From Candidatus Uhrbacteria bacterium GW2011_GWE2_46_68 (GTDB lineage Bacteria > Patescibacteriota > Patescibacteriia > UBA9934 > GWF2-40-263): a stretch of DNA of 64,000 nucleotides. Under the pieces are notes generated by a model that saw nothing but the letters and a program-made list of their open reading frames with translations, was not told where the DNA came from and ran no database searches. Location of the stretch: positions 68,775-132,774 of the forward strand of contig LCMS01000004.1 of the NCBI GenBank assembly GCA_001002765.1, in the 5' to 3' direction. Position numbers and translations under genes: made by a program. Of this stretch, positions 19,262 through 28,158 are shown piece after piece; position 1 is the first letter of the stretch, and each line of letters opens with the position of its first letter.

Positions 19262-20232
19262 AGTAAGGGGGGAGTCGGGAGTCGTCGTTTGACTCCAGCA
19301 AAGAGCGTGACGATGATGGCGCCGACTACGGTCAGAACAAGACCAATGTAGTGTCTTGATACAAGATGTTGGTGTGACATCGTAAAGAAGGAAAGGGGAA
19401 TCATTCCTATGCCTAAAGTGAAAAATGGTCCCAGACAATTGATACTTTGTGTGATAGGAATGGAGAGCGAATCTTCTGCCTTGTTAAAAAGGATATTTGC
19501 AATAGCCGTTGGCACGATTCCAAGGTATATCACAGCGATCCATTCCCTTGTGGTGAGCCATGGAGAAACACGATGCATTGATATATCGATAAGCACCCAA
19601 CACAGTGAGAAGATAACCGCGGCAGTGAAGGTACTGCGAACAGCATTTGCCGGATCGACATGAAACGTATTGCGATAACGTTTACGCACCGTTGCATCTA
19701 TAGAACTAAGAACGGTTGCACAAAGGCTAAACATTGTCACGGCATCCAGAGAATTTCCTTTCCATTCCCGCAACAAGTCAAGACGATAAAGGATGAGGCC
19801 AAACAAAGCGAGTGTCGTTCCTATCCAATAGGCTGACCATCTTTGGCAGGAATCTCCAGCAATGAAATATCCCACTATTGTTGTGAGGGGAGCACGGAGA
19901 ATCATGATAGCGATAACAGTAAGAGCTACTCCTGTCTGTTGTTGCTTGAGTGCGGTGAGCGTACAGGAGAATGAACAGCAATAGAGTAGAATGTCGGTTA
20001 GAAGCCACCTATAGCCACCTTGGTGCAGAGACTCTGTCCATTTCTGTTTCGGGTGGAAGAATGCCCAGCTGGCAAGGCAAGCAAAACAGGAAAACCAGAA
20101 GAAGCTCACACTTGCAGGAAGTCGCCGTGTTTCATTGGCAAAGACAAGATAGGCGCTGCTGAAGAATGCGACAGCCAGAAGAGCCAATCCAACACCACGT
20201 AAACGGTTGGAAACAAAAAGATTCGTTTTCAT
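19258..20232 (-). CDS. EamA/DMT-family transporter
   Basis: About 10 TM in two repeats; YLGIVPTAIA, P.FT motifs. Confidence 0.75.
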   Translation of the reverse strand: MKTNLFVSNRLRGVGLALLAVAFFSSAYLVFANETRRLPASVSFFWFSCFACLASWAFFHPKQKWTESLHQGGYRWLLTDILLYCCSFSCTLTALKQQQTGVALTVIAIMILRAPLTTIVGYFIAGDSCQRWSAYWIGTTLALFGLILYRLDLLREWKGNSLDAVTMFSLCATVLSSIDATVRKRYRNTFHVDPANAVRSTFTAAVIFSLCWVLIDISMHRVSPWLTTREWIAVIYLGIVPTAIANILFNKAEDSLSIPITQSINCLGPFFTLGIGMIPLSFFTMSHQHLVSRHYIGLVLTVVGAIIVTLFAGVKRRLPTPPLL

Positions 20233-20335
20233 GAAGTCACCTTTTTTTGGAAAGAACACCAAGGTCTTTGTAAATGTTAAGTGATCATTTGTCAATGAGG
20301 TTATAAAAATCGTAAACTATTCTTGGAGGAGTTCT

Positions 20336-21328
20336 ATGTCTTCATTTTCTCTCCCTTCCCATATCTGTCATCTCAAAGGTGTAAATCAAGATGGTCCTAC
20401 GGTGGTCATTTTGGGTGGCACCCATGGTGATGAACGAACGGGAGTTGTGCTTGTCAAACGTCTTTTAAGCGATCTTGATCTTTCCACCGAAATACCAAGT
20501 GGCGAACATCTTCGTGCAGATATCATCGGAAATCTCTATCTGGGTTTTGGAAATCCAAAAGCCATGGACATTGAGAATCGTATGGCTTCGGATCGACGAG
20601 ATTTGAATCGCTCTTTTCAAACAACCGATCTTTTCGATTCGTCCCAAATTTGGGAAGATCTTGAGCGTGCGCGTGAACTGGTTCCACTTTTCGTGCATAC
20701 GGATTATCTTTTCGATATTCACGCTACCAATTTTGATTCCCCACCTTTTGTGTGTTTTGGACATGATGATCCAGAACATCGCGAACTCTATCAGCATATT
20801 CCTGTACCCTTTGTGTTGACCGATCCAGATACACGACTATCCGCAGACATGGGACTCACGGAACTTGCGACCACAGATTATTTTGTAGATACCTTTGGAG
20901 GAAGCGCTTGGGGCGAGAAAAAATTCGGACGCAAGCGTGGAGTGGGGCTGTGTTATGAAACAGGACAGCAACAAGATTTGAGCCGTGTGGAAGCCGCACT
21001 TCGAACCATGCTTCAGCTTATGTTGCAAGTAGGAGCGATCACTTCGGAATTTTTGGAAGCGATTCATGAGACTCCTTCACATAATCCACCTGTGATGCCC
21101 AAAGTCCATGCTCTTACTACGGGAGAAATTACCAGAGATTGTCCATTTAGTTATGACCAGGGAATGAATCAAGGATGGGTGCCGATTACCAAAGGGACAC
21201 GGGTAGGAGTATATCAGGATGGACAAGAGGTTTTTGCAAAAGAAGATGGTATGCTCATCTTGCAGCGCGCGCCGGAGAAAATGATTCCCGGTCATCGCAT
21301 GTTTTTTGTGGCCAAAAGAATCGGTTAA
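20336..21328 (+). CDS. Succinylglutamate desuccinylase/aspartoacylase (M14) family
   Basis: GGTHGDE, GNP, DLNRSF, DIH, ETG. Confidence 0.88.
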   Translation: MSSFSLPSHICHLKGVNQDGPTVVILGGTHGDERTGVVLVKRLLSDLDLSTEIPSGEHLRADIIGNLYLGFGNPKAMDIENRMASDRRDLNRSFQTTDLFDSSQIWEDLERARELVPLFVHTDYLFDIHATNFDSPPFVCFGHDDPEHRELYQHIPVPFVLTDPDTRLSADMGLTELATTDYFVDTFGGSAWGEKKFGRKRGVGLCYETGQQQDLSRVEAALRTMLQLMLQVGAITSEFLEAIHETPSHNPPVMPKVHALTTGEITRDCPFSYDQGMNQGWVPITKGTRVGVYQDGQEVFAKEDGMLILQRAPEKMIPGHRMFFVAKRIG

Positions 21329-21610
21329 AACAGAAACGATATCCTCGGTGAGATCCGGGGATTTTTTTGTTGAAAAAGAAAAAGCCTTCTCAAAGGAGAA
21401 GGCCGCGTGGCTCGAGACGAGCGAAGGGGCGATGGGAAAAAGGACAAAAAAGCTCAGTGGCAGGAAGGCTCATGGCAGGAAGGGAAGGAACAGGGGCACA
21501 AGGACCAAAATGGTCCGTAGAGGAACGAGAGGATGGGAAGAGATCCTCTCACCGCAGTTGAGCTTGGGGGAAGAGGGTGTGAAACCCAGCGTGCGGTGAG
21601 GGGATGGGGG

Positions 21611-21687
21611 TGGCGGGCGTGACAGGAATCGAACCCGCAGCCTTCGGATTTGGAATCCGCTGCTCCACCTAATTGAGCTACACGCCC
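21611..21687 (-). tRNA. tRNA-Trp(CCA)
   Basis: GGGCGTG TA GCTC AATTAGGTG GAGC A GCGGA TTCCAAA TCCGA AGGCT GCGGG TTCGATT CCTGT CACGCCC GCCA. Confidence 0.95.
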
Positions 21688-21808
21688 ACCAAAACGGAAA
21701 ACAAGGAAATGAACGTGCCAAAACAGTAGTCTTCCAGGTTTTTTTTGTCAACAGCTTTTGATCGTTTTTATTGCTTTTTCGCATAAAAAAAGGCATACTT
21801 TTTGGCAT

Positions 21809-24568
21809 ATGGCATCTTTACTTCAACGTCTTTTCGGAGATCCAAACGCAAAAGTGCTTACACAATTGCGTGAGGAAGTTGAGCGAATTAATGCCCTCGA
21901 ACCATACATTCAATCGCTTTCCGATGAGGGATTGAGGGATAAAACAAAGGAGTTTCAATCACGTCTTAGTCAAAAAGAAGATAAGGAATCCATGGTCCAT
22001 GAGGCGTTTGCAGTTGTGCGCGAAGCGGCTCGTCGTACCTTGGGGCAAAGGCATTTTGATGTACAGCTTATGGGAGGGTTGGTTTTGCATCGAGGAGGCA
22101 TTGCCGAAATGCGCACAGGAGAAGGAAAAACTCTGACTTCCACCGCACCTATTTATGTGAACGCGCTGACAGGGAAAGGCGTTCATGTCGTAACCGTCAA
22201 CGATTACCTCGCTCGTCGCGATACCGTCTGGATGGGTCAGATTTATCATGCCCTCGGACTTACCGTGGGATGTATTCAGCATGAAGGCGGGTTTGTCTAT
22301 GACCCGACGTTTTTACATGTACAAAAAACCGAAGAGGAAAAAGATACAGAGCGCGACACCACGGGTTCCTTCCGTGTTCAGACAGATTTTTTACGTCCGG
22401 TTTCTCGTCGTGAAGCCTACGAGACAGATGTCACGTATGGCACAAACAATGAATTCGGTTTTGATTATCTTCGTGACAACATGGCACCGGTTATGGAAGA
22501 GCGTGTCATGCGTGAACATCTTGCCTACGCGATTATCGATGAAGTGGATTCCATTTTGATTGATGAGGCACGCACTCCGCTTATCATTTCCGCTCCGGCG
22601 GAAGCGTCCAATCAGCTTTATCAGCAATTTGCGCAAATCGTTCGATCACTCACCGAAAATGAAGATTATAATATTGATGAGAAAATGCGTGCGGCAACGT
22701 TTACCGAATCCGGCATCGCCAAAATAGAAAAAGCACTGGGGATTGAAAATTTGTATGCGGTTGGAGGAAATAATTTACAACACTTTGCCGAGTCAGCGCT
22801 TCGCGCGCGCGCTCTCTATCAACGTGATGTACATTATGTGATTCGCGAGGGAGAGATCATGATTGTCGATGAGTTTACCGGACGCCTGATGCCTGGCCGA
22901 CGATTTTCCGAAGGTATCCATCAAGCGATTGAGGCTAAAGAAGGCGTGCAAGTTAAACGCGAAAGTCAAACGCTCGCCACGATCACATTTCAAAACTATT
23001 TTCGTATGTACGAGAAGCTCGCGGGTATGACCGGTACGGCCGTGACCGAAGCGGAAGAGTTTGGAAAAACCTATGGACTTGAGGTGACCGCCATTCCCAC
23101 GCACAAACCATCCACGCGTTTGGATCTTCCTGATCGTGTGTATAAAAACGAAACAGGAAAATTCAAAGCTGTGATTCGTGAGATTAAAGAACGCCAAACA
23201 AAAGGACAACCTGTGCTTGTAGGAACAATTTCCGTGGAAAAGAATGAATTGTTGAGTGCGCTATTGTTGCAAGCCGGAGTGAAACATGAAATTTTGAATG
23301 CGAAAAATCACGCGCGTGAAGCCGAGATTATTGCACAAGCCGGGCATCGAGGATCAGTCACGATCGCCACCAATATGGCCGGTCGTGGAGTGGACATTGT
23401 CCTTGGAGGAAACCCTGTAGATCCCAAAGAGGCGGAAGAAGTCAAAGCGCTTGGGGGGTTACATGTGATCGGCACCGAACGTCATGAGTCGCGTCGTATC
23501 GATAATCAATTACGCGGACGTTCTGCCCGTCAGGGTGATTCCGGTTCTACTCAATTTTATGTGTCCATGGAAGATGATGTGATGCGTATTTTTGGATCCG
23601 ATCGTGTCAAAGGCATTATGGATAAGCTTGGGATTCCCGATGATATGCCCATTGAAAACAGCATGGTCACTGGTTCGATCGAAAAAGCACAGCAGCGTGT
23701 GGAAGGGCATTACTTTGATATTCGTAAACACCTGCTTGAGTATGATGATGTGCTCAATAAACATCGCGAAGTTGTGTATGGTCGTCGTCGTCAGTTACTT
23801 GAGTTGTATCGTGATCAACCGATGGAACTTAAAGATCATCTTTTGCGTTTGATCGAAAACGAGGTGGAACAAGTGGTGTTGTTTCACACAGGAGAGGAGA
23901 TGCAGGAAGGAAAGGAAAAGAAGGTGGGGGATTGGAACCCCAAAGAAATTGTGGAGGTCGTGCATTCCATTGTGACATTGACCGATGCACAGCGTGATGC
24001 TCTTATGCAAATGAGTTTTGCACTTTCCAAAGATAAGTTAAACACGATTGAACAGCGTACGGCGATCATTGAACGTGTGATGGAACTTGTGCGTGAGGAA
24101 TACACCAAGGTGGAACAAGGATTTTCTGAGCCCACCATGTTGCCGAACATTACGCGCGCGGTGATGCTTCATTCAATTGATACATTATGGATTGATCATC
24201 TGGATGCTATGAGTCAGTTGCGCCAAGGGATTGGGCTTCGCGGATATGGTCAACAAGATCCGCTTGTAGAGTACAAGAAAGAATCGTATTTCATGTTCCA
24301 ACATTTGCTCACGAGCATTGACCATGAGATTGTTTATTTCTTTTTTAAGCAAGCCAAACACGCGCTGAACTATAAGATTCAACAAGAAATGGTGAACCGA
24401 TCATTGTTGCGGCGTATCGGGATGCAAATGAGTGGAGCCGTGAAAAAAGTCGGCGAACCGTCAGTGCCCGGTTCTGCCGGCGTGTCTGCCGAACCCAAAA
24501 TTGGCCGCAACGACCCCTGCCCCTGTGGATCTGGGAAGAAGTATAAGAAGTGTTGCGGGGAAGCATAA
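21809..24568 (+). CDS. secA: Preprotein translocase ATPase SecA
   Basis: MRTGEGKT, DEVDSILIDEARTPLIIS, ATNMAGRG, C-terminal GRNDPCPCGSGKKYKKCCG. Confidence 0.99.
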   Translation: MASLLQRLFGDPNAKVLTQLREEVERINALEPYIQSLSDEGLRDKTKEFQSRLSQKEDKESMVHEAFAVVREAARRTLGQRHFDVQLMGGLVLHRGGIAEMRTGEGKTLTSTAPIYVNALTGKGVHVVTVNDYLARRDTVWMGQIYHALGLTVGCIQHEGGFVYDPTFLHVQKTEEEKDTERDTTGSFRVQTDFLRPVSRREAYETDVTYGTNNEFGFDYLRDNMAPVMEERVMREHLAYAIIDEVDSILIDEARTPLIISAPAEASNQLYQQFAQIVRSLTENEDYNIDEKMRAATFTESGIAKIEKALGIENLYAVGGNNLQHFAESALRARALYQRDVHYVIREGEIMIVDEFTGRLMPGRRFSEGIHQAIEAKEGVQVKRESQTLATITFQNYFRMYEKLAGMTGTAVTEAEEFGKTYGLEVTAIPTHKPSTRLDLPDRVYKNETGKFKAVIREIKERQTKGQPVLVGTISVEKNELLSALLLQAGVKHEILNAKNHAREAEIIAQAGHRGSVTIATNMAGRGVDIVLGGNPVDPKEAEEVKALGGLHVIGTERHESRRIDNQLRGRSARQGDSGSTQFYVSMEDDVMRIFGSDRVKGIMDKLGIPDDMPIENSMVTGSIEKAQQRVEGHYFDIRKHLLEYDDVLNKHREVVYGRRRQLLELYRDQPMELKDHLLRLIENEVEQVVLFHTGEEMQEGKEKKVGDWNPKEIVEVVHSIVTLTDAQRDALMQMSFALSKDKLNTIEQRTAIIERVMELVREEYTKVEQGFSEPTMLPNITRAVMLHSIDTLWIDHLDAMSQLRQGIGLRGYGQQDPLVEYKKESYFMFQHLLTSIDHEIVYFFFKQAKHALNYKIQQEMVNRSLLRRIGMQMSGAVKKVGEPSVPGSAGVSAEPKIGRNDPCPCGSGKKYKKCCGEA

Positions 24569-24576
24569 TAAGGAAT

Positions 24577-25080
24577 ATGCGAAAAAAGGAAAATAATTTC
24601 GCTTTCATTGATAGTCAGAATTTGAATCTTAGTATTCGCGCTCAAGGTTGGAAATTAGATTTCAAACGTTTCCGAACATATTTACTCGATAAATATAACG
24701 TGAAAAAGGCATATCTCTTTATTGGTTATATTAGTGGAAATCAGGCGCTGTATGCAACGCTGCAAGACGCAGGTTTTACTTGTATATTCAAGCCAACATT
24801 ACAATACAAGGACGGGACGACCAAAGGGAATTGTGATGCAGAACTTGTTCTTTGGTCCATGATCGATTTTTTTCAATATGAAAAAGCGGTGATCGTCACG
24901 GGCGATGGCGATTTCCATTGCCTCATCGATTATCTGTTAAAACAAGAGAAACTCAAATGTGTCTTGATTCCAGATCGAAATCGATTTTCAGGATTGTTAA
25001 AGCTTAAGCAATTCCGTCCCAACCTTCGATACATGAATGATTTACAAGGAAGACTCTCAAAAAAAGAAAAGGCCCTATAA
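24577..25080 (+). CDS. NYN-domain (LabA/DUF88, PIN-like) nuclease
   Basis: FIDSQNL, KGNCDAEL, VTGDGDF. Confidence 0.9.
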   Translation: MRKKENNFAFIDSQNLNLSIRAQGWKLDFKRFRTYLLDKYNVKKAYLFIGYISGNQALYATLQDAGFTCIFKPTLQYKDGTTKGNCDAELVLWSMIDFFQYEKAVIVTGDGDFHCLIDYLLKQEKLKCVLIPDRNRFSGLLKLKQFRPNLRYMNDLQGRLSKKEKAL

Positions 25081-25117
25081 GGACGGAACCTTAGAGGGCT
25101 TGTTTTCCATTGGTGAT
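25059..25117 (-). ncRNA. Candidate ~60-nt small RNA convergent with the NYN gene 3' end
   Basis: Minus-strand TTGACA(25153-48)-18bp-TATTAT(25129-24) with TG extension; hairpin GCCCT-C-TAAGG-TTCCGT-CCTTA-T-AGGGC, then U tract. Confidence 0.55.
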
Positions 25118-25167
25118 ATCTGAATAATATCAAGTTGTACCGACTTTTGTCAATTTTTCATCTTCGT

Positions 25168-25488
25168 ATGCTCAAAACACATTCTTCCACAGTTTATCAT
25201 GTTGTGTTTGTTCTTGTGTGCGGTTTTTTGTTCACTCTTTTTGCCTCGTTCGTTCCTGTTGGAACAGAATGGGCACTGACAGGATTTTGTGACGATGGAT
25301 GTTTTGAAAAGATGACAAAGCTGGGATTTCCTTTTGTTGTTTTTCACCCCGACGGTCTTAATTCGGTTTCATGGTTTTTTTCCGAATGGGCATTTGTTGC
25401 AAATTTTATCCTTTTTGTTTGCGTTGTCCACACGGTTATCTCTCTTATTGCCTACGGAATCAAACAAATAAGTCAGAAGAAAATATGA
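25168..25488 (+). CDS. Hypothetical membrane protein
   Basis: Two TM segments, GFPF motif. Confidence 0.6.
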   Translation: MLKTHSSTVYHVVFVLVCGFLFTLFASFVPVGTEWALTGFCDDGCFEKMTKLGFPFVVFHPDGLNSVSWFFSEWAFVANFILFVCVVHTVISLIAYGIKQISQKKI

Positions 25489-25958
25489 GAAAAATATTAT
25501 CACGGTGTTTATTTATTTTTTTAGCAGCACTCATTCTTGTTGTACTGGCCGCATTTTTTCCATGGCCGGGCACATATTCTTTTGAAGGAGCTTGGCGCTA
25601 CGATGCAAGTGAGAATCGTTATTGTTCGGGAGATCGCATCTATCTTTCTTTTAGAGATGAAACATTTTTTTATCGTGTGTCAGATGGCGGAACAAGCCCT
25701 TGCAGTTTTTTGTCAACAAATCCATTAGCCATTCCTTATGTCCTCAATTCTCAATCAGAAGAGAAGGAAGGACCTTCCACCTATGTCCTTACTTTGGATG
25801 CAATGGATGTACCTTCGCCGCTGGAATTAACTTTTTGGCCTGGTAGCGATTCACTTAATGTTTTCGGTTGCTCTTTTAAAAGGCTTACTCTTTTGGAAGA
25901 AATTTTGATAAAAATTTTGCCCACGACCCTTGGAGGGGCCATGATTTTTACGCCGTAA
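25485..25958 (+). CDS. Hypothetical protein with N-terminal TM/signal
   Basis: Start overlaps the upstream stop (ATGA). Confidence 0.6.
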   Translation: MRKILSRCLFIFLAALILVVLAAFFPWPGTYSFEGAWRYDASENRYCSGDRIYLSFRDETFFYRVSDGGTSPCSFLSTNPLAIPYVLNSQSEEKEGPSTYVLTLDAMDVPSPLELTFWPGSDSLNVFGCSFKRLTLLEEILIKILPTTLGGAMIFTP

Positions 25959-25988
25959 TTTTTATAGAAAGAAAATGGAAAATGATCT

Positions 25989-26354
25989 ATGGAAGAATCC
26001 GCATCGTTTCAATTAGCTAAACAATTTTTGGGAAAAGAGGTAGAGGTTTTGATGGATAGGCCTTTGGGCAGTCTTCACCCAAAATACGGTTTTGTGTATG
26101 AGGCGAACTATGGATATCTTCAGGGGGTAAAGGCTCCGGATGGTGAAGATTTGGATGCGTATTATTTGGGAGTGGACCAACCGATAGAAAAAGGGAAAGG
26201 GATTGTCAGAGCGATCATTCATCGTTTGGAAGATGATGACGATAAACTGGTTGTTTTTCCCGAAGGGGTTACCATGACGGACGAAGAAATAGAAAAAGCG
26301 GTCGCGTTTCAAGAACAATATTTTATACACGAGATTTTAAGAGATCATTCATAA
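25989..26354 (+). CDS. Short inorganic pyrophosphatase-family protein
   Basis: DRPLGS, YEANYGY, DGEDLDAY, DDKLV. Confidence 0.8.
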   Translation: MEESASFQLAKQFLGKEVEVLMDRPLGSLHPKYGFVYEANYGYLQGVKAPDGEDLDAYYLGVDQPIEKGKGIVRAIIHRLEDDDDKLVVFPEGVTMTDEEIEKAVAFQEQYFIHEILRDHS

Positions 26355-26355
26355 T

Positions 26356-26682
26356 ATGTCCCTTACTCCAGATCAAGAATGCGCGTTGATCGCCGCAGCA
26401 GAGGAAGGCGTGCGACATGCGTATACCGAGCATCAAAGCCCGGATGATTTTCGTATTGGCGCTGCTGTTCTTGCAGAGAAAGGTCATATTTTTTCCTCGG
26501 GTCAATATCGATCGGATAGCGGATCACTCACCCTTCATGCCGAGCAATGTGCGCTTGCCTATGCCTCTGCACATGGAGAATATGGTATCGTTGCGCTTGC
26601 AGTGACGTGGAACGAAAAGGCCGCTTCAAAAAGCGAAGGGGAGTCCATATATCCTTGTCACATGTGTAAGCAACTTTTATGA
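26356..26682 (+). pseudogene. C-terminally truncated duplicate of cytidine deaminase-like gene
   Basis: Nearly identical to 27703..28143 up to PCHMCKQLL, then stop. Confidence 0.75.
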
Positions 26683-27659
26683 AAAATTCTTATAATAAAA
26701 TTTTGATTATTTTTAGCGGTTTAGTGGTTTTAGGTTGTTTGTTTTTTGTCGGTTCGGCTTATTTTTTACCGTCCGCTTCTCAGGCCGACATCCAGACAGT
26801 TCCGGCCATTCTTTATTTAACCACTATGACCCATTTAGAAGACGCTTGGGGAGAGGCGGCCACGCAAGAAATGTATTTTAAGAGGGTGGCCGAGGAAGTG
26901 CGTTATGGAATGGATTTGGCCGAAGACTATGACGCTATTTTGACTATTGAAACCGGTCTGCCGTTTGCCGAAGGGTGTGTTAATTTTAATGATAATGTTA
27001 TGGCCGAAGTTTTAGAACGAGGTCATGGAGTTGGTGTTCATCCTGATTTGCCGGCTAAAAAAGTTTTACCAATCGAATTAGCGACCGATTTTATTAAAAA
27101 ACGGATCGACGCCTTAAAAAATCTGGTTGACACTGATATTATCGGTTGTTCTGGGGTTAGTGCAAAATCCGATTGGTATACCGCCAGTCTTCAAGCCGGT
27201 TGTAGTTTTGTTGATGGGACGGTGGCTTTCGCTTATCTTTCCATGCCCATGGCCCCGCTTGGTGACGAACGCTTTTATCCTTTTTGGATAAATTCATGCG
27301 AAGATTTTGTTCCAGACGAAGACGGTGATTTACTTTTGGGTTCCGGAGAAACTTTTAGTCTTGCCATGTATGCCGAGATCGGTGATCGTAACGGTGTCCA
27401 CCCGGAGTGTGGCAACGAATGCCCTCTAACGACGGACGACGTCGAAATTTTTGTCAGAGAAATTACCGATTTTGCCAACGGTCGTGATACGGCGAGAATC
27501 GCAAAATTTAATGTGTACTTTCCGGCGAATCTTTTTGTCCCGGAAAATAAAAAAGTTTTAGAGCTTTTTTTCAAAGAAGCTCAAAAATTACAAAACAGCG
27601 GAGTTCTTCAATGGGCCAGTCAGGCCAAAATTTATGAAGTCATGGTAGCTGACAGATAG
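26679..27659 (+). CDS. Membrane-anchored hypothetical protein, possible NodB/polysaccharide-deacetylase-like fold
   Basis: N-terminal TM; THLED and RGHGVGVHPD resemble CE4 metal motifs. Confidence 0.6.
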   Translation: MKNSYNKILIIFSGLVVLGCLFFVGSAYFLPSASQADIQTVPAILYLTTMTHLEDAWGEAATQEMYFKRVAEEVRYGMDLAEDYDAILTIETGLPFAEGCVNFNDNVMAEVLERGHGVGVHPDLPAKKVLPIELATDFIKKRIDALKNLVDTDIIGCSGVSAKSDWYTASLQAGCSFVDGTVAFAYLSMPMAPLGDERFYPFWINSCEDFVPDEDGDLLLGSGETFSLAMYAEIGDRNGVHPECGNECPLTTDDVEIFVREITDFANGRDTARIAKFNVYFPANLFVPENKKVLELFFKEAQKLQNSGVLQWASQAKIYEVMVADR

Positions 27660-27702
27660 AAAATTTTAAGATGCAGATAAAAATCATAGAGGAATTCATG
27701 AT

Positions 27703-28143
27703 ATGTCTCTTACTTCAGATCAAAAACTCGCACTGATTGCTGCGGCAGAGGAAGGCGTGCGACATGCGTATACCGAGCATCAAAGCCCGGATGATTTTCG
27801 TATTGGCGCTGCTGTTCTTACAGAGAAAGGTCATATTTTTTCCTCGGGTCAATATCGATCGGATAGCGGATCACTCACCCTTCATGCTGAGCAATGTGCG
27901 CTTGCCCATGCCTCTGCACATGGAGAATATGGCATTGTTGCGCTTGCGGTGACGTGGAACGAAAAGGCCGCTTCAAAAAGCGAAGGGGAGTCCATATATC
28001 CCTGTCACATGTGCAAGCAACTTTTGTGGGAAAGTCATTTGCATTCAGGATTGGATATGGAAATTTTGATTGTGGAGAAGGGGGAAGTTCTGGAACAGAT
28101 CCATTTACAAAAACTTGTCGGCGACTACACCTGGCCGAAATAA
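27703..28143 (+). CDS. Cytidine deaminase-like zinc enzyme
   Basis: FRIGAAVL, HAE, PCHMC. Confidence 0.85.
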   Translation: MSLTSDQKLALIAAAEEGVRHAYTEHQSPDDFRIGAAVLTEKGHIFSSGQYRSDSGSLTLHAEQCALAHASAHGEYGIVALAVTWNEKAASKSEGESIYPCHMCKQLLWESHLHSGLDMEILIVEKGEVLEQIHLQKLVGDYTWPK

Positions 28144-28158
28144 CAACACCAATTTTTT

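Noticed and set aside
13100-21700. Trp module as a tRNA-integrated island or prophage
   Set aside because: No integrase and no duplicated tRNA-Trp 3' end (att) was found by eye.
25075-25100. Hammerhead ribozyme suggested by GGACGGAAC
   Set aside because: No CUGANGA core, and GAAA is not intact.
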